Shown one piece after another: positions 39,341 to 47,951 of a DNA stretch of 64,000 bases (position 1 is the first letter of the stretch; each line of letters starts with the position of its first letter). The position numbers and the translations under genes are program-made. The DNA is from an uncultured Collinsella sp. (GTDB lineage: Bacteria; Actinomycetota; Coriobacteriia; Coriobacteriales; Coriobacteriaceae), in assembly GCA_900542235.1 (NCBI GenBank), contig UQNB01000001.1, forward strand, positions 3,838 through 67,837, given 5' to 3'. The notes beneath the pieces were generated by a model, which was not told the origin of the DNA, made no database searches, and was given only the letters and a program-made list of their open reading frames with translations.

Positions 39341-39417
39341 GCGGCGTTACCTCAGCTGGATAGAGGGTCTGACTACGAATCAGAACGTCATAGGTTCGAA
39401 TCCTATACGCCGCACCA
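39341..39417 (+). tRNA. tRNA-Arg (ACG)
   Basis: Acceptor GCGGCGT/ACGCCGC, anticodon loop CUACGAA, T-loop GGTTCGAATCC, encoded CCA. Terminator follows. Confidence 0.85.
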
Positions 39418-39469
39418 ATTGAGATTAAAGCCTCCGGCAACGGGGGCTTTTCTTTTACGTAAACACCGC

Positions 39470-39646
39470 ATGGATTCGAACCTCGGTCGAGGCGCGGGCG
39501 TAAGGAAAACGCGGAGCGTTTTTAGCCCGCGGGCGAGCACGCCGGCAGGCGGCCGAAGCCGGTGCGGATCCGCGAAGCGGATACGCGGAATCCTATACGC
39601 CGCACCAATTGAAATTGAAGCCTCCGGCAACGGGGGCTTTTTTGTT
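39470..39646 (+). mobile_element. tRNA-Arg-linked structured insert (~118 nt) plus a 57-nt direct repeat of the tRNA-Arg 3' end and terminator
   Basis: 39588-39646 repeats 39398-39454 with 3 mismatches. The insert begins with GGATTCGAACC, the reverse complement of the tRNA T-loop, and is ~70% identical to the insert after tRNA-Ser. Confidence 0.6.
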
Positions 39647-39731
39647 ATTGACTCGTGTAAGATTCCGAGTAAGCGTCTCGGTGCACCTGGGGCGCGCCCT
39701 TTCTTTAGACGACCGATCAGGGTGATATTTC

Positions 39732-42173
39732 GTGGCAGAGCGTCCGACTTATAAGCTCAAGTTTCTCGATCCCAAGAAGCGCTTTCCGGTGATGCCCGAG
39801 CAGCCTGCAGGGCGCTCGTATGGCGTTGTTTGGAAACTCTTTGGCGACGATCCGCACGAATCATGCTACGCCGTTGAATTCGTCGGCAAGAGCCATGTGT
39901 CACTTTTAGGCTACGTGAGCGTTTCGGGCGAAGTGTACAAGGTGGACCGCCCCGTTAGCGAGGCGCCGTTGCCCGATGATCCCGATATGCAACTGGTTCT
40001 TGATGAGTCCGACTCCAGCATTGGCGAGATTGCGGTAAGGGGCGCCGATGGGACGATGCGTCCCCGGGCGCGGGTCATCGGCTCTCCAAAAGGCCCTATG
40101 CGCGAGCAGTCCGACCGCGAGACATGGAATTCGGCCCGCAGCCTCCCTTACGGTGAGTTCATGGCATCTATGTTCTTGCGCTACGTGATATTTGCCGACT
40201 CCGAAAATGCTATTGCGACCACGGCAGACACCCATAGGCTCGACGAGAGCATGCACAATGTCGTCGACAAGATCAAACTCGTCAAGCTGCCCGAGCCAGT
40301 CGAAGTGCTGCTGGGCTTTGATTCGACGCCGCTTCCCGATGCCATCGAGACGTTGCTCTACCGCATTGACCATACGGATAATCCGAGCGGCATCGAGCGC
40401 TATGCCGCGGCCTTGATGGGCGAAGTCAATCTGCCTCGTCTGCGTACCATAGCGACAAAAACCGAAATGAGCTTGGCCCGTATCGACCGTTCAAAGCTCT
40501 TTTACCTCAATTTCGATCGCAGCCTGCTGGATCAGGACGAGATCGACACCTTGCTTGCCATTGAGTGCCGCCTGAACCGCCTCTCGGGCATTCTTGAGCG
40601 TATCGGAGCCGGATTGGCCCCTGTCGCCTCATCGCCAAGCTTTGAGGGTTGCTCGCTCTTTGATCTGTGGCACATCTCTAAGACGACCAACGATGTTCCT
40701 CGCTTGCTCGAAACGCTGTCGAGAGACAACCCGTGGGCCAAGCCGGGAACCGTTTCGTGCCAGCCGGGTGGCGAGTGGGACGTGCGCACCCGCTTTGCAC
40801 GAATTGTCGAGGCGCTCAACGTGGTCACGCGACTCGACTATACCTATCGTGTCAACGTTGCCGAGGGGATTATGCGCGTCCAGTTTGGGCACTCTGTCGT
40901 TGGTGCCATGCCGCAGCGTGAATATGACGCTCAGGATGACGCCTGGCGCGAACTGGACGAGGACGTGCGTGCGGCGTGGGCCGCGGAGCACGACGCGCGC
41001 GTGGCGCTTACGCTTGCAGCGGCTTGCTTTGCCGCGGGTGCCTGCATCACGCGCTGCTATGTGCAGATTGAGGCTCCCGACAACGAGCGGGATGTGAACA
41101 TCGTCGCAACGTATTCCTTTGCCCGTGCCGAGTATTTTGCCGATTGTGTTCCCGTCGCCAAGGATCTTGAGAGCATGGGTATGGACGATATGCCGTGCAA
41201 GCGCATGCTTGAGGCATATGAGGCGACCACGCCGGATATGATTGAGCCTGCTGAGGTCCACGCTCGCCCGCGTGACGACCATCGTCCGCTGCCGCCGGCG
41301 TTGCGCGACCTGTTGCTTGCCGATACGGCTGACGAGTTGGAAGTTATGGAAGAGGATGGCGACCCGTACGTGGCGCGCGTCGTTGAATTGCGCGAGCAGT
41401 CTAAAACTGACCGTGCAGGTGCATTCGAGGGCTTTTCTCGTTTGGCCGAGGAGCTGGAGGCCAAGTGTGCCGTTGCCGAGCTCTTGGCAACGGGGCCGGT
41501 CCAAACGCAGTTCTGCGACAACCAGTTGGTACGCATGGTGCTGCCGGTGATGGAGGAGGATCGTTCCGTGCGCATTCTGCGCGCGCCCGATGCGCTGTAC
41601 TTTGCCCAGCACGAGATTTGCAGCTTTTATGCCGAACAGGAAGATTTTGAGCGCGCGTTGCCCGAGGTGCGCCGCCTTTACGATTTGGCGCGCTCGTCCA
41701 TGCAATCGCATTTTGCGCTGATTAACGTGCTGGCGCGCCTGGAGCGTTTTGACGAGGTTATCGAGGTGGCCCGTCACGGTTTGCGCATCGCGAGCGATCG
41801 TCCCTCGATCGGCTACCTGTTTTACCGTTTGGCATTTGCATACTGGAACTGCGATCAGCTCGAGCTGGCGCTGGCGTGCTACCGCCTCGTGCCGCGCGGC
41901 GAGGAGTCGGGCAGCAGCGCGCTGGAGGAAATGCAGGGCCTCATGAACGAGATGGGCATCAATGAGCCTCCGACGTTCGATGATGCGGTTGAGACCATCC
42001 GCAAGGCGGGGCTCGAGTTGCCGCCGGTGCCCGCCGTGACCAACCAGCTGGCGGATGCTGCCGTACAACTCGTTGATAACGGTTTCTTCTTCCTGGCGCG
42101 CGGTTGCATCTTCCAAATGTGGCGTACCATGGGTAACGACGAGCTCGGCTCCCTCAACCGCTCGCTGGGGTAG
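39732..42173 (+). CDS. large hypothetical cytoplasmic protein (813 aa), TPR-like C-terminal region
   Basis: Long ORF with coding-like codon usage. GTG start after GGGTGA; ATG 39792 is the alternative. No catalytic motif recognised. Confidence 0.6.
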   Translation: MAERPTYKLKFLDPKKRFPVMPEQPAGRSYGVVWKLFGDDPHESCYAVEFVGKSHVSLLGYVSVSGEVYKVDRPVSEAPLPDDPDMQLVLDESDSSIGEIAVRGADGTMRPRARVIGSPKGPMREQSDRETWNSARSLPYGEFMASMFLRYVIFADSENAIATTADTHRLDESMHNVVDKIKLVKLPEPVEVLLGFDSTPLPDAIETLLYRIDHTDNPSGIERYAAALMGEVNLPRLRTIATKTEMSLARIDRSKLFYLNFDRSLLDQDEIDTLLAIECRLNRLSGILERIGAGLAPVASSPSFEGCSLFDLWHISKTTNDVPRLLETLSRDNPWAKPGTVSCQPGGEWDVRTRFARIVEALNVVTRLDYTYRVNVAEGIMRVQFGHSVVGAMPQREYDAQDDAWRELDEDVRAAWAAEHDARVALTLAAACFAAGACITRCYVQIEAPDNERDVNIVATYSFARAEYFADCVPVAKDLESMGMDDMPCKRMLEAYEATTPDMIEPAEVHARPRDDHRPLPPALRDLLLADTADELEVMEEDGDPYVARVVELREQSKTDRAGAFEGFSRLAEELEAKCAVAELLATGPVQTQFCDNQLVRMVLPVMEEDRSVRILRAPDALYFAQHEICSFYAEQEDFERALPEVRRLYDLARSSMQSHFALINVLARLERFDEVIEVARHGLRIASDRPSIGYLFYRLAFAYWNCDQLELALACYRLVPRGEESGSSALEEMQGLMNEMGINEPPTFDDAVETIRKAGLELPPVPAVTNQLADAAVQLVDNGFFFLARGCIFQMWRTMGNDELGSLNRSLG

Positions 42174-42265
42174 GCGAAGCTTCCAAGGAGGAAAGGATGC
42201 TAGGCAATTAGAAAATTTCCTCTTGCCCATCCTTGGCTGTTTGGTTACTATAGAACGGCTGTTAC

Positions 42266-42356
42266 GGAGAGCTGACCGAGAGGCCGAAGGTGCTCGCCTG
42301 CTAAGCGAGTATGCCCCAAAAGGGCATCTGGGGTTCGAATCCCCAGCTCTCCGCCA
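42266..42356 (+). tRNA. tRNA-Ser (GCT), class II
   Basis: Acceptor GGAGAGC/GCTCTCC, anticodon loop CUGCUAA, long variable-arm hairpin, T-loop GGTTCGAATCC, encoded CCA. Confidence 0.85.
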
Positions 42357-42407
42357 GTATGACTTGAAAGAAGGGTCCCATTTGGGGCCCTTTTTTGTGC
42401 GGAGAAA

Positions 42408-42620
42408 GGAGGCTGGGGATTCGAACCCGAGAGGGCACGGGCGTTAAGCAAACGCGAAAGCGTTTGTAGCCCGTGGGCGAAAAGCCGCCAGGCTTTGAAG
42501 CCGGAGGGCATGCGCAGCATGCCCGGACATCCCCAGCTCTCCGCCAGTACGAATTTGAAGAAGGGTCCCATTTGGGGCCCTTTTTATTATCAAGAATGGC
42601 GGCTGGGGATTCGAACCCTC
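42408..42620 (+). mobile_element. tRNA-Ser-linked structured insert (~121 nt) plus a 57-nt direct repeat of the tRNA-Ser 3' end and terminator, plus a 21-nt partial third copy
   Basis: 42529-42585 repeats 42339-42396. The insert begins with CTGGGGATTCGAACCC, the reverse complement of the tRNA T-arm/acceptor. Homologous to the Arg-linked insert. 42598-42618 repeats the insert's 5' end. Confidence 0.6.
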
Positions 42621-42677
42621 AAAAAAGGAGGCATCCTTTCGGACGCCTCCTTTCAGTGGGCTTATTATTCTTGCGCC

Positions 42678-44087
42678 CTACACCTCGGGCGCCTTGGCGA
42701 CGGTCTCGCTTTCTGCTGTGAGTGGGCGGTTGTCGATGCGACGGCCCAAGCGATCGAGCTTCACGAGTAGCCATTCAATGGGATTCGGCTCCGAGCCTTC
42801 CTCGTCGGCAACCAGGTCCATGACGGCGATCTTGGTGCCGTCCTGCTTAAGCGTAACGCTGCCCACCTTGTCGCCCACATGCACCGTGCCCGAAAGATCG
42901 TCGTAGCTAACCTTTTCGGTCACCTCGCCGGCAAGAGAAAACACGGTCGCTTGCGCCGTGGGATCGGCGAGCGTGGCGTCGATTGTCTTATCCGTCCAGT
43001 CGGTTTGACTAATGCGCGCCATAAGCGGGTTGCCGTTGGCGGTCTTTTCTTGCGTGTTGGCGATTGCGACCGTCACCTTGTGGTCGTAGTACCAGTTGGC
43101 AAGGGTGGCGGTATCGGTAAAGCGCTGATCGGTGGTGGTGGAGTTCAAAATAACGGTGTAGATCTCGTCGCCGTCGCGGTTGTAGGCGCTCGTAAAGCAA
43201 TAGCCCGCGTCGTCGGTGGTGCCGGTCTTGCCGCCGATGTTGCCATCTTGGCCCAGCAAATAGTTATGCGTGTCCATGGAATGCGAATGGTCGGTGCCGT
43301 CGGCGCCCGTGACTTCGATCCAGGAATCCTCGCTCGCTACGACCTCGCGGATCGTGTCGTTTTTCATGGCCTCCTGCATCATCAGCGCCACGTCGTGTGC
43401 GGTTGAGTGCATATCGCCAGCCCACTCATCAAAGTCCAGACCATGCGGGTTTTCAAAAAGCGTACCGGTGCAGCCGAGCTTCTTAGCGCGCTCGTTCATG
43501 GCCTTCACAAATGTGGCCTCGGCGTCTTTGGTCTTAGGGTCGATCTTCTTGCCCACATATTCGGCGAGCACGATGGCGGCGTCGTTGCCCGAGGGAATCA
43601 TCAGGCCGCGCAGCGCCTGCTCCACGGTAAGCTTGTCGCCTTCGAGCAAGCCGGCGGTCGAATTGCCCACGGTGGCTGCGGCGTTGCTCACCGTGACCTT
43701 CTCGTCCATCTTGCAATTCTCGACGGTTAGGATTGCGGTCATGACCTTGGTGATCGAGGCAATCTTGACCTGCTCATCGGCGTCGCGGGCATAGTAGACG
43801 GTGCCGTCTTTGCCCATGACGAGGGCATTGGTCGCATCGATATCGGGCAGGTTTTCGGCCGTGATACCGCGCACATCGGCGGTTTTGCCGCAAACATTGT
43901 CGGTCGTGAGCACTTGGGCGCCGGCGACGGTGGGCACGCCGGCGGCAAGGGCGATAGCGCAGACAAAGCCGGCGGCAAGCTGGGCTGAGCGCTTTGCAAA
44001 AGGGGTGAGGGACTTCACGGATTTCGCTTTCGACGGGATGGTCTCTTCTGGAACTAGAGTATATCGTTTGCCGGCGTCGGCGATCAT
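42678..44087 (-). CDS. D-alanyl-D-alanine carboxypeptidase (S11, PBP5/DacA-like) with C-terminal domain
   Basis: SITK (SxxK), SGN and KTG motifs with a signal peptide. Start uncertain (ATG 44087 or TTG 44129). Strong terminator hairpin 42622-42655 on the minus strand. Confidence 0.8.
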   Translation of the reverse strand: MIADAGKRYTLVPEETIPSKAKSVKSLTPFAKRSAQLAAGFVCAIALAAGVPTVAGAQVLTTDNVCGKTADVRGITAENLPDIDATNALVMGKDGTVYYARDADEQVKIASITKVMTAILTVENCKMDEKVTVSNAAATVGNSTAGLLEGDKLTVEQALRGLMIPSGNDAAIVLAEYVGKKIDPKTKDAEATFVKAMNERAKKLGCTGTLFENPHGLDFDEWAGDMHSTAHDVALMMQEAMKNDTIREVVASEDSWIEVTGADGTDHSHSMDTHNYLLGQDGNIGGKTGTTDDAGYCFTSAYNRDGDEIYTVILNSTTTDQRFTDTATLANWYYDHKVTVAIANTQEKTANGNPLMARISQTDWTDKTIDATLADPTAQATVFSLAGEVTEKVSYDDLSGTVHVGDKVGSVTLKQDGTKIAVMDLVADEEGSEPNPIEWLLVKLDRLGRRIDNRPLTAESETVAKAPEV

Positions 44088-44215
44088 CGCGTGCGTGCGT
44101 GGCCCACATCCGCACCCGAACGGGCACAAGGGTGCTTAAGGCCGACTTAATCGCCCGCGCTTGTTGTGTGTGGTGCGCGCTGCCTCGGGCATAATGGAGC
44201 GCGAGAGGAGCACGC

Positions 44216-44911
44216 ATGAACGAGCGCATTTTGGTAGTCGATGACGAGAAGGCCATCGCCGATCTGGTTGGTATCTACCTTACAAAAGAGGGCTTTGATG
44301 TTCAGATTGCCTATAGCGGAGCAGATGCTGCCAAGGCGATTTTGGAGCAGGAGTTCGATCTGGCGCTGCTGGACGTCATGCTGCCCGATATCGACGGCTT
44401 TGAGCTGCTGCGCACCATCCGCGCCGGCCATACCTATCCCGTTATTATGCTGACGGCGCGCGATGCCCAACATGACAAGATCGAGGGCCTCTCGTTGGGC
44501 GCAGACGATTACGTGGTCAAGCCGTTCCGTCCGCTGGAGCTCATTGCGCGCGTTCATGCTCAGCTCCGTCGTTACACTAGCTACGGCAGCCGCGCACAGG
44601 CGGTCGAGTCGCCGACCATTCAGCTCGACGGCCTCGAGATCAACCGCGATGCTCGTTGTGTGACGGTGGACGGTGCACCGGTGCGTCTCACGCCCATCGA
44701 GTATTCCATCTTGCTGTATCTGGTCGAGCATCGTGGCAGCGTGGTGGCCGTGGGGGACCTGTTCCGCGCGGTGTGGAACGAGGACTTTATGCCTGGCTCC
44801 AACAATACGGTGATGGTGCACATCCGCCATCTGCGCGAAAAGATCGGCGACGATGCTCAAAATCCGCGCTTCATCAAAAACGTCTGGGGCGTCGGCTACA
44901 TCATCGAATAA
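44216..44911 (+). CDS. OmpR-family response regulator
   Basis: Receiver domain (VVDDE, D at position 55, K105) plus winged-helix output domain. Confidence 0.88.
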   Translation: MNERILVVDDEKAIADLVGIYLTKEGFDVQIAYSGADAAKAILEQEFDLALLDVMLPDIDGFELLRTIRAGHTYPVIMLTARDAQHDKIEGLSLGADDYVVKPFRPLELIARVHAQLRRYTSYGSRAQAVESPTIQLDGLEINRDARCVTVDGAPVRLTPIEYSILLYLVEHRGSVVAVGDLFRAVWNEDFMPGSNNTVMVHIRHLREKIGDDAQNPRFIKNVWGVGYIIE

Positions 44912-44937
44912 CGCTTTTCGCTTGTGAGGATCTTGAT

Positions 44938-46176
44938 ATGACAAAAGACGATAGGCAAGCGTTCGAGGTGCCCGATCGACTCTTTGAATACGTGAGGTCA
45001 GTCGTCGACAACCGCGCGCTTGCAACGGTGCTGCTCTTTTTGCTGAGCCTGCTGCTGATTGGCATCGATAACATCGCTGGAATCTTGGCGGTGCTGCTTG
45101 TTGGCTTTTTGCTGATTGATCGATTTGAGATCGTGTGCCGCTGCGTGGTGATTGGCGGCGCCGCGTGGGCCATGACGTTGGCGATTGGCGCCATGGCGCT
45201 CGGCGGCATCGAAGGGCCGGTGTTGTTCGATGCCGGCTTTGTATTCAACATGCTTGGCTTTGTGCTGGCGCTTGCCGCGTGCGTGCTGTTCTTGTGCGGC
45301 CGCGCCCTGTACTACCAGGGCTACGAGCAGGGCGAGCAGCATGCCGATTGTGTGCTGGCTGCTCGTATTCAAGATCGCCTGATCGATCACCCCGACACCT
45401 GGGACAACATCGACGGCGACTTCTTGGAGGTCGAGGGCGCCCTTAACCGCGTGCGTGACCGTGAGCGCAAGGTGCAACAGGCCTTGCGTGACGAATCTCA
45501 TCGCAAGGACGATCTGGTCACGTACTTGGCACATGACCTACGCACCCCGCTTGCCAGTGTGGTGGGCTATCTTTCGCTGCTGCAAGAGGCTCCCGAGCTG
45601 CCGGTTGAGCAACGTGCGCACTTTACGGGCGTGGCTCTCGACAAAGCGCACCGGCTCGATGCGCTCATCGAAGAGTTCTTCGATATCACGCGCTTTGACT
45701 TCCACGATATCGTGCTCACGCGCGGCTATGTTGATCTGGGGTTGCTGCTGGCTCAGGTGGCTGACGAGTTCTATCCCATCCTCAACGAGCAGCATAAGGA
45801 AGCCCAAGTTGATATTCGCGAGGACCTGACGGTGCTCGTGGATGGCGACAAGATGGCTCGCGTGTTCAACAACATCATGAAAAACGCCGTTGCCTATAGC
45901 TATGAGGGCTCGACCATCACGATCGAGGCCAGACGCCGGGACGGCGGTGGCGTGCGCGTGCGCTTTATCAATCAGGGCGATCCCATCCCTGAGGCAAAGC
46001 TCAAGGAGATCTTTGAGAAGTTCTATCGCCTGGATGCGGCGCGTGCGACCAATCGCGGCGGCGCTGGACTGGGGCTTGCCATCGCCAAGGAGATCGTATG
46101 CGCGCACGGCGGTACCGTTGCATGTGAATCGACGCCCGAACACACGATATTCACCATCGAGCTGCCCGCCGCATAG
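44938..46176 (+). CDS. sensor histidine kinase (HisKA + HATPase_c), two N-terminal TM helices
   Basis: H-box AHDLRTPL and N, G1 (DQGDPIP) and G2 (GGAGLGL) boxes. RBS GAGGAT. The long upstream ORF extension is rejected. Confidence 0.85.
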   Translation: MTKDDRQAFEVPDRLFEYVRSVVDNRALATVLLFLLSLLLIGIDNIAGILAVLLVGFLLIDRFEIVCRCVVIGGAAWAMTLAIGAMALGGIEGPVLFDAGFVFNMLGFVLALAACVLFLCGRALYYQGYEQGEQHADCVLAARIQDRLIDHPDTWDNIDGDFLEVEGALNRVRDRERKVQQALRDESHRKDDLVTYLAHDLRTPLASVVGYLSLLQEAPELPVEQRAHFTGVALDKAHRLDALIEEFFDITRFDFHDIVLTRGYVDLGLLLAQVADEFYPILNEQHKEAQVDIREDLTVLVDGDKMARVFNNIMKNAVAYSYEGSTITIEARRRDGGGVRVRFINQGDPIPEAKLKEIFEKFYRLDAARATNRGGAGLGLAIAKEIVCAHGGTVACESTPEHTIFTIELPAA

Positions 46177-46279
46177 CCAGTGTGCCCTTACAAACACTTG
46201 ACAATGCGCTCACGTGCATATGAGCCGCGATTCCTACTATCGATACTGCTGAATTGATATCGATGTGGAGGTATGCGGT

Positions 46280-47155
46280 ATGACGGCTGCTGCGGCTGTG
46301 GAGCCCACGGAGCTTGAAGAACTCATGAAAGCGCAGGCCGAGGCCGCGCGCGAGCGCGAGGTTGGGGATGCGACTCGCCCCACGGCAGAGGATCTTGCCG
46401 CCTCGCCGACGCGCATCGATGTTGAGGGCCTCGACCTGTTCTATGGCGACCATCATGCGCTCAAGGACGTGAATATCAAGATCCGCGACAAGCAGATCAC
46501 CTCGTTCATCGGTCCATCGGGCTGCGGCAAGTCGACGTTGCTGCGCTGCTTTAACCGCATGAACGACGGCATCAAGGATTGCCGCATCGAGGGCAAGATT
46601 GCGCTCGATGGTCAAGATATCCTGGGCGATTACGACATTTGCCGCCTTCGCCAGCGCGTGGGCATGGTGTTCCAGCGCCCCAACCCGTTTCCCATGAGCA
46701 TCTACGACAACGTCGCGTATGGTCCGCGCGGCATGGGTGTGCGCGATCGCGCTGTGCTGGATGAGCTGGTCGAGGACTCCCTTCGTCGTGCTGCGCTATG
46801 GGATGAGGTCAAGGACAAGCTCAAAGAGTCGGGCCTGGGTCTTTCGGGTGGACAGCAGCAGCGCCTGTGCATCGCCCGCGCGCTTGCCGTGCAGCCCGAC
46901 ATTCTGCTGATGGACGAGCCGACCTCGGCACTCGACCCCGTGTCGACGCTGGTGGTTGAGCAGCTGGCCTGCGAGCTCAAGGAGGTCTGTACGCTCGTGG
47001 TCGTTACGCACAATATGCAGCAGGCGGCGCGTATCTCCGACTCGGTCGCGTTTTTCTTGCTGGGTGAGTTGGTGGAGCACGCGCCCACCGCGCAACTCTT
47101 CAAGAATCCGACCGATCCGCGCACGGCGGATTATTTGACGGGACGTTTTGGCTGA
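46280..47155 (+). CDS. pstB: phosphate ABC transporter ATP-binding protein PstB-like (orphan)
   Basis: [12 protein letters not shown]...[19 protein letters not shown] is the PstB signature, with [14 protein letters not shown]. Carries a ~40-aa N-terminal extension. RBS GGAGG. No pstSCA in the window. Confidence 0.8.
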   Translation: MTAAAAVEPTELEELMKAQAEAAREREVGDATRPTAEDLAASPTRIDVEGLDLFYGDHHALKDVNIKIRDKQITSFIGPSGCGKSTLLRCFNRMNDGIKDCRIEGKIALDGQDILGDYDICRLRQRVGMVFQRPNPFPMSIYDNVAYGPRGMGVRDRAVLDELVEDSLRRAALWDEVKDKLKESGLGLSGGQQQRLCIARALAVQPDILLMDEPTSALDPVSTLVVEQLACELKEVCTLVVVTHNMQQAARISDSVAFFLLGELVEHAPTAQLFKNPTDPRTADYLTGRFG

Positions 47156-47219
47156 TACCATCTAGTAAAGGTACCTTTAGGGTTAAGATGCGGTCATGCC
47201 GGCCGCAAAGGGGTTCAAC

Positions 47220-47948
47220 ATGATCTATTACGTCGAGGACGATGACAACATCAGGGATTTGACGGTCTATGCGCTGCGCAAGCAGGGGATTGAGGCCGAA
47301 GGCTTTTCGTGCGACGGTGAGTTTAAGGCTGCCGTGGCGCGACGGGTACCCGATGCCGTCCTGCTCGACATCATGCTGCCCGATACCGATGGCTTGGCGA
47401 TTATGCGTCGACTGCGTGCCGATCGCCTGACGGCGACGGTGCCCATCATGATGCTTACCGCCAAGGATACCGAGCTCGACAAGGTGATGGCGCTCGATGG
47501 CGGTGCCGACGATTACCTGACTAAGCCGTTTTCGCTCATGGAGCTTGCGAGCCGCTGCCGCGCACTGCTGCGTCGCGGCGGCATGGTCAAGCAGGCGAGC
47601 GATGTGCTCAGCGTGGGCGACATCGTGCTCTCGCCCAGCCATCGCGAGGTGACCGTTGCCGGCGAGCCGCTTAAGCTCACCCTGCGCGAGTTCGACCTGC
47701 TCGAGTACCTCATGCGCAAGCCCGGCGTGGTTTTTACCCGCGAGTCGTTGCTGCAGAGCGTGTGGGGCTGGGACTTCGACGGCGGTTCGCGCACCGTTGA
47801 CGTGCACGTGCAGACGCTTCGCCAAAAACTGGGCGAGCATGCCAGCGCCATCGAGACCGTGCGCGGCGTGGGCTACCGCTTGGCCGAGCCTTCTGCCGGT
47901 GATGGTGCCGAAGGTGACGACACCGCGGCCACCGCATCGGAGGAGTAA
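47220..47948 (+). CDS. OmpR-family response regulator (PhoP/PhoB-like)
   Basis: Receiver domain plus winged helix. Adjacent to pstB and a PhoR-like kinase. Confidence 0.85.
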   Translation: MIYYVEDDDNIRDLTVYALRKQGIEAEGFSCDGEFKAAVARRVPDAVLLDIMLPDTDGLAIMRRLRADRLTATVPIMMLTAKDTELDKVMALDGGADDYLTKPFSLMELASRCRALLRRGGMVKQASDVLSVGDIVLSPSHREVTVAGEPLKLTLREFDLLEYLMRKPGVVFTRESLLQSVWGWDFDGGSRTVDVHVQTLRQKLGEHASAIETVRGVGYRLAEPSAGDGAEGDDTAATASEE

Positions 47949-47951
47949 CCC

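Noticed and set aside
42596-42680. Possible tRNA or tmRNA 3' end on the minus strand (gggttcgaatccccagccgcca)
   Set aside because: No cloverleaf can be built. The adjacent ggaggcgtcc-gaaa-ggatgcctcc + T6 is the terminator of the carboxypeptidase gene. The T-loop-like segment is the 21-nt partial copy of the tRNA-linked insert's 5' end.
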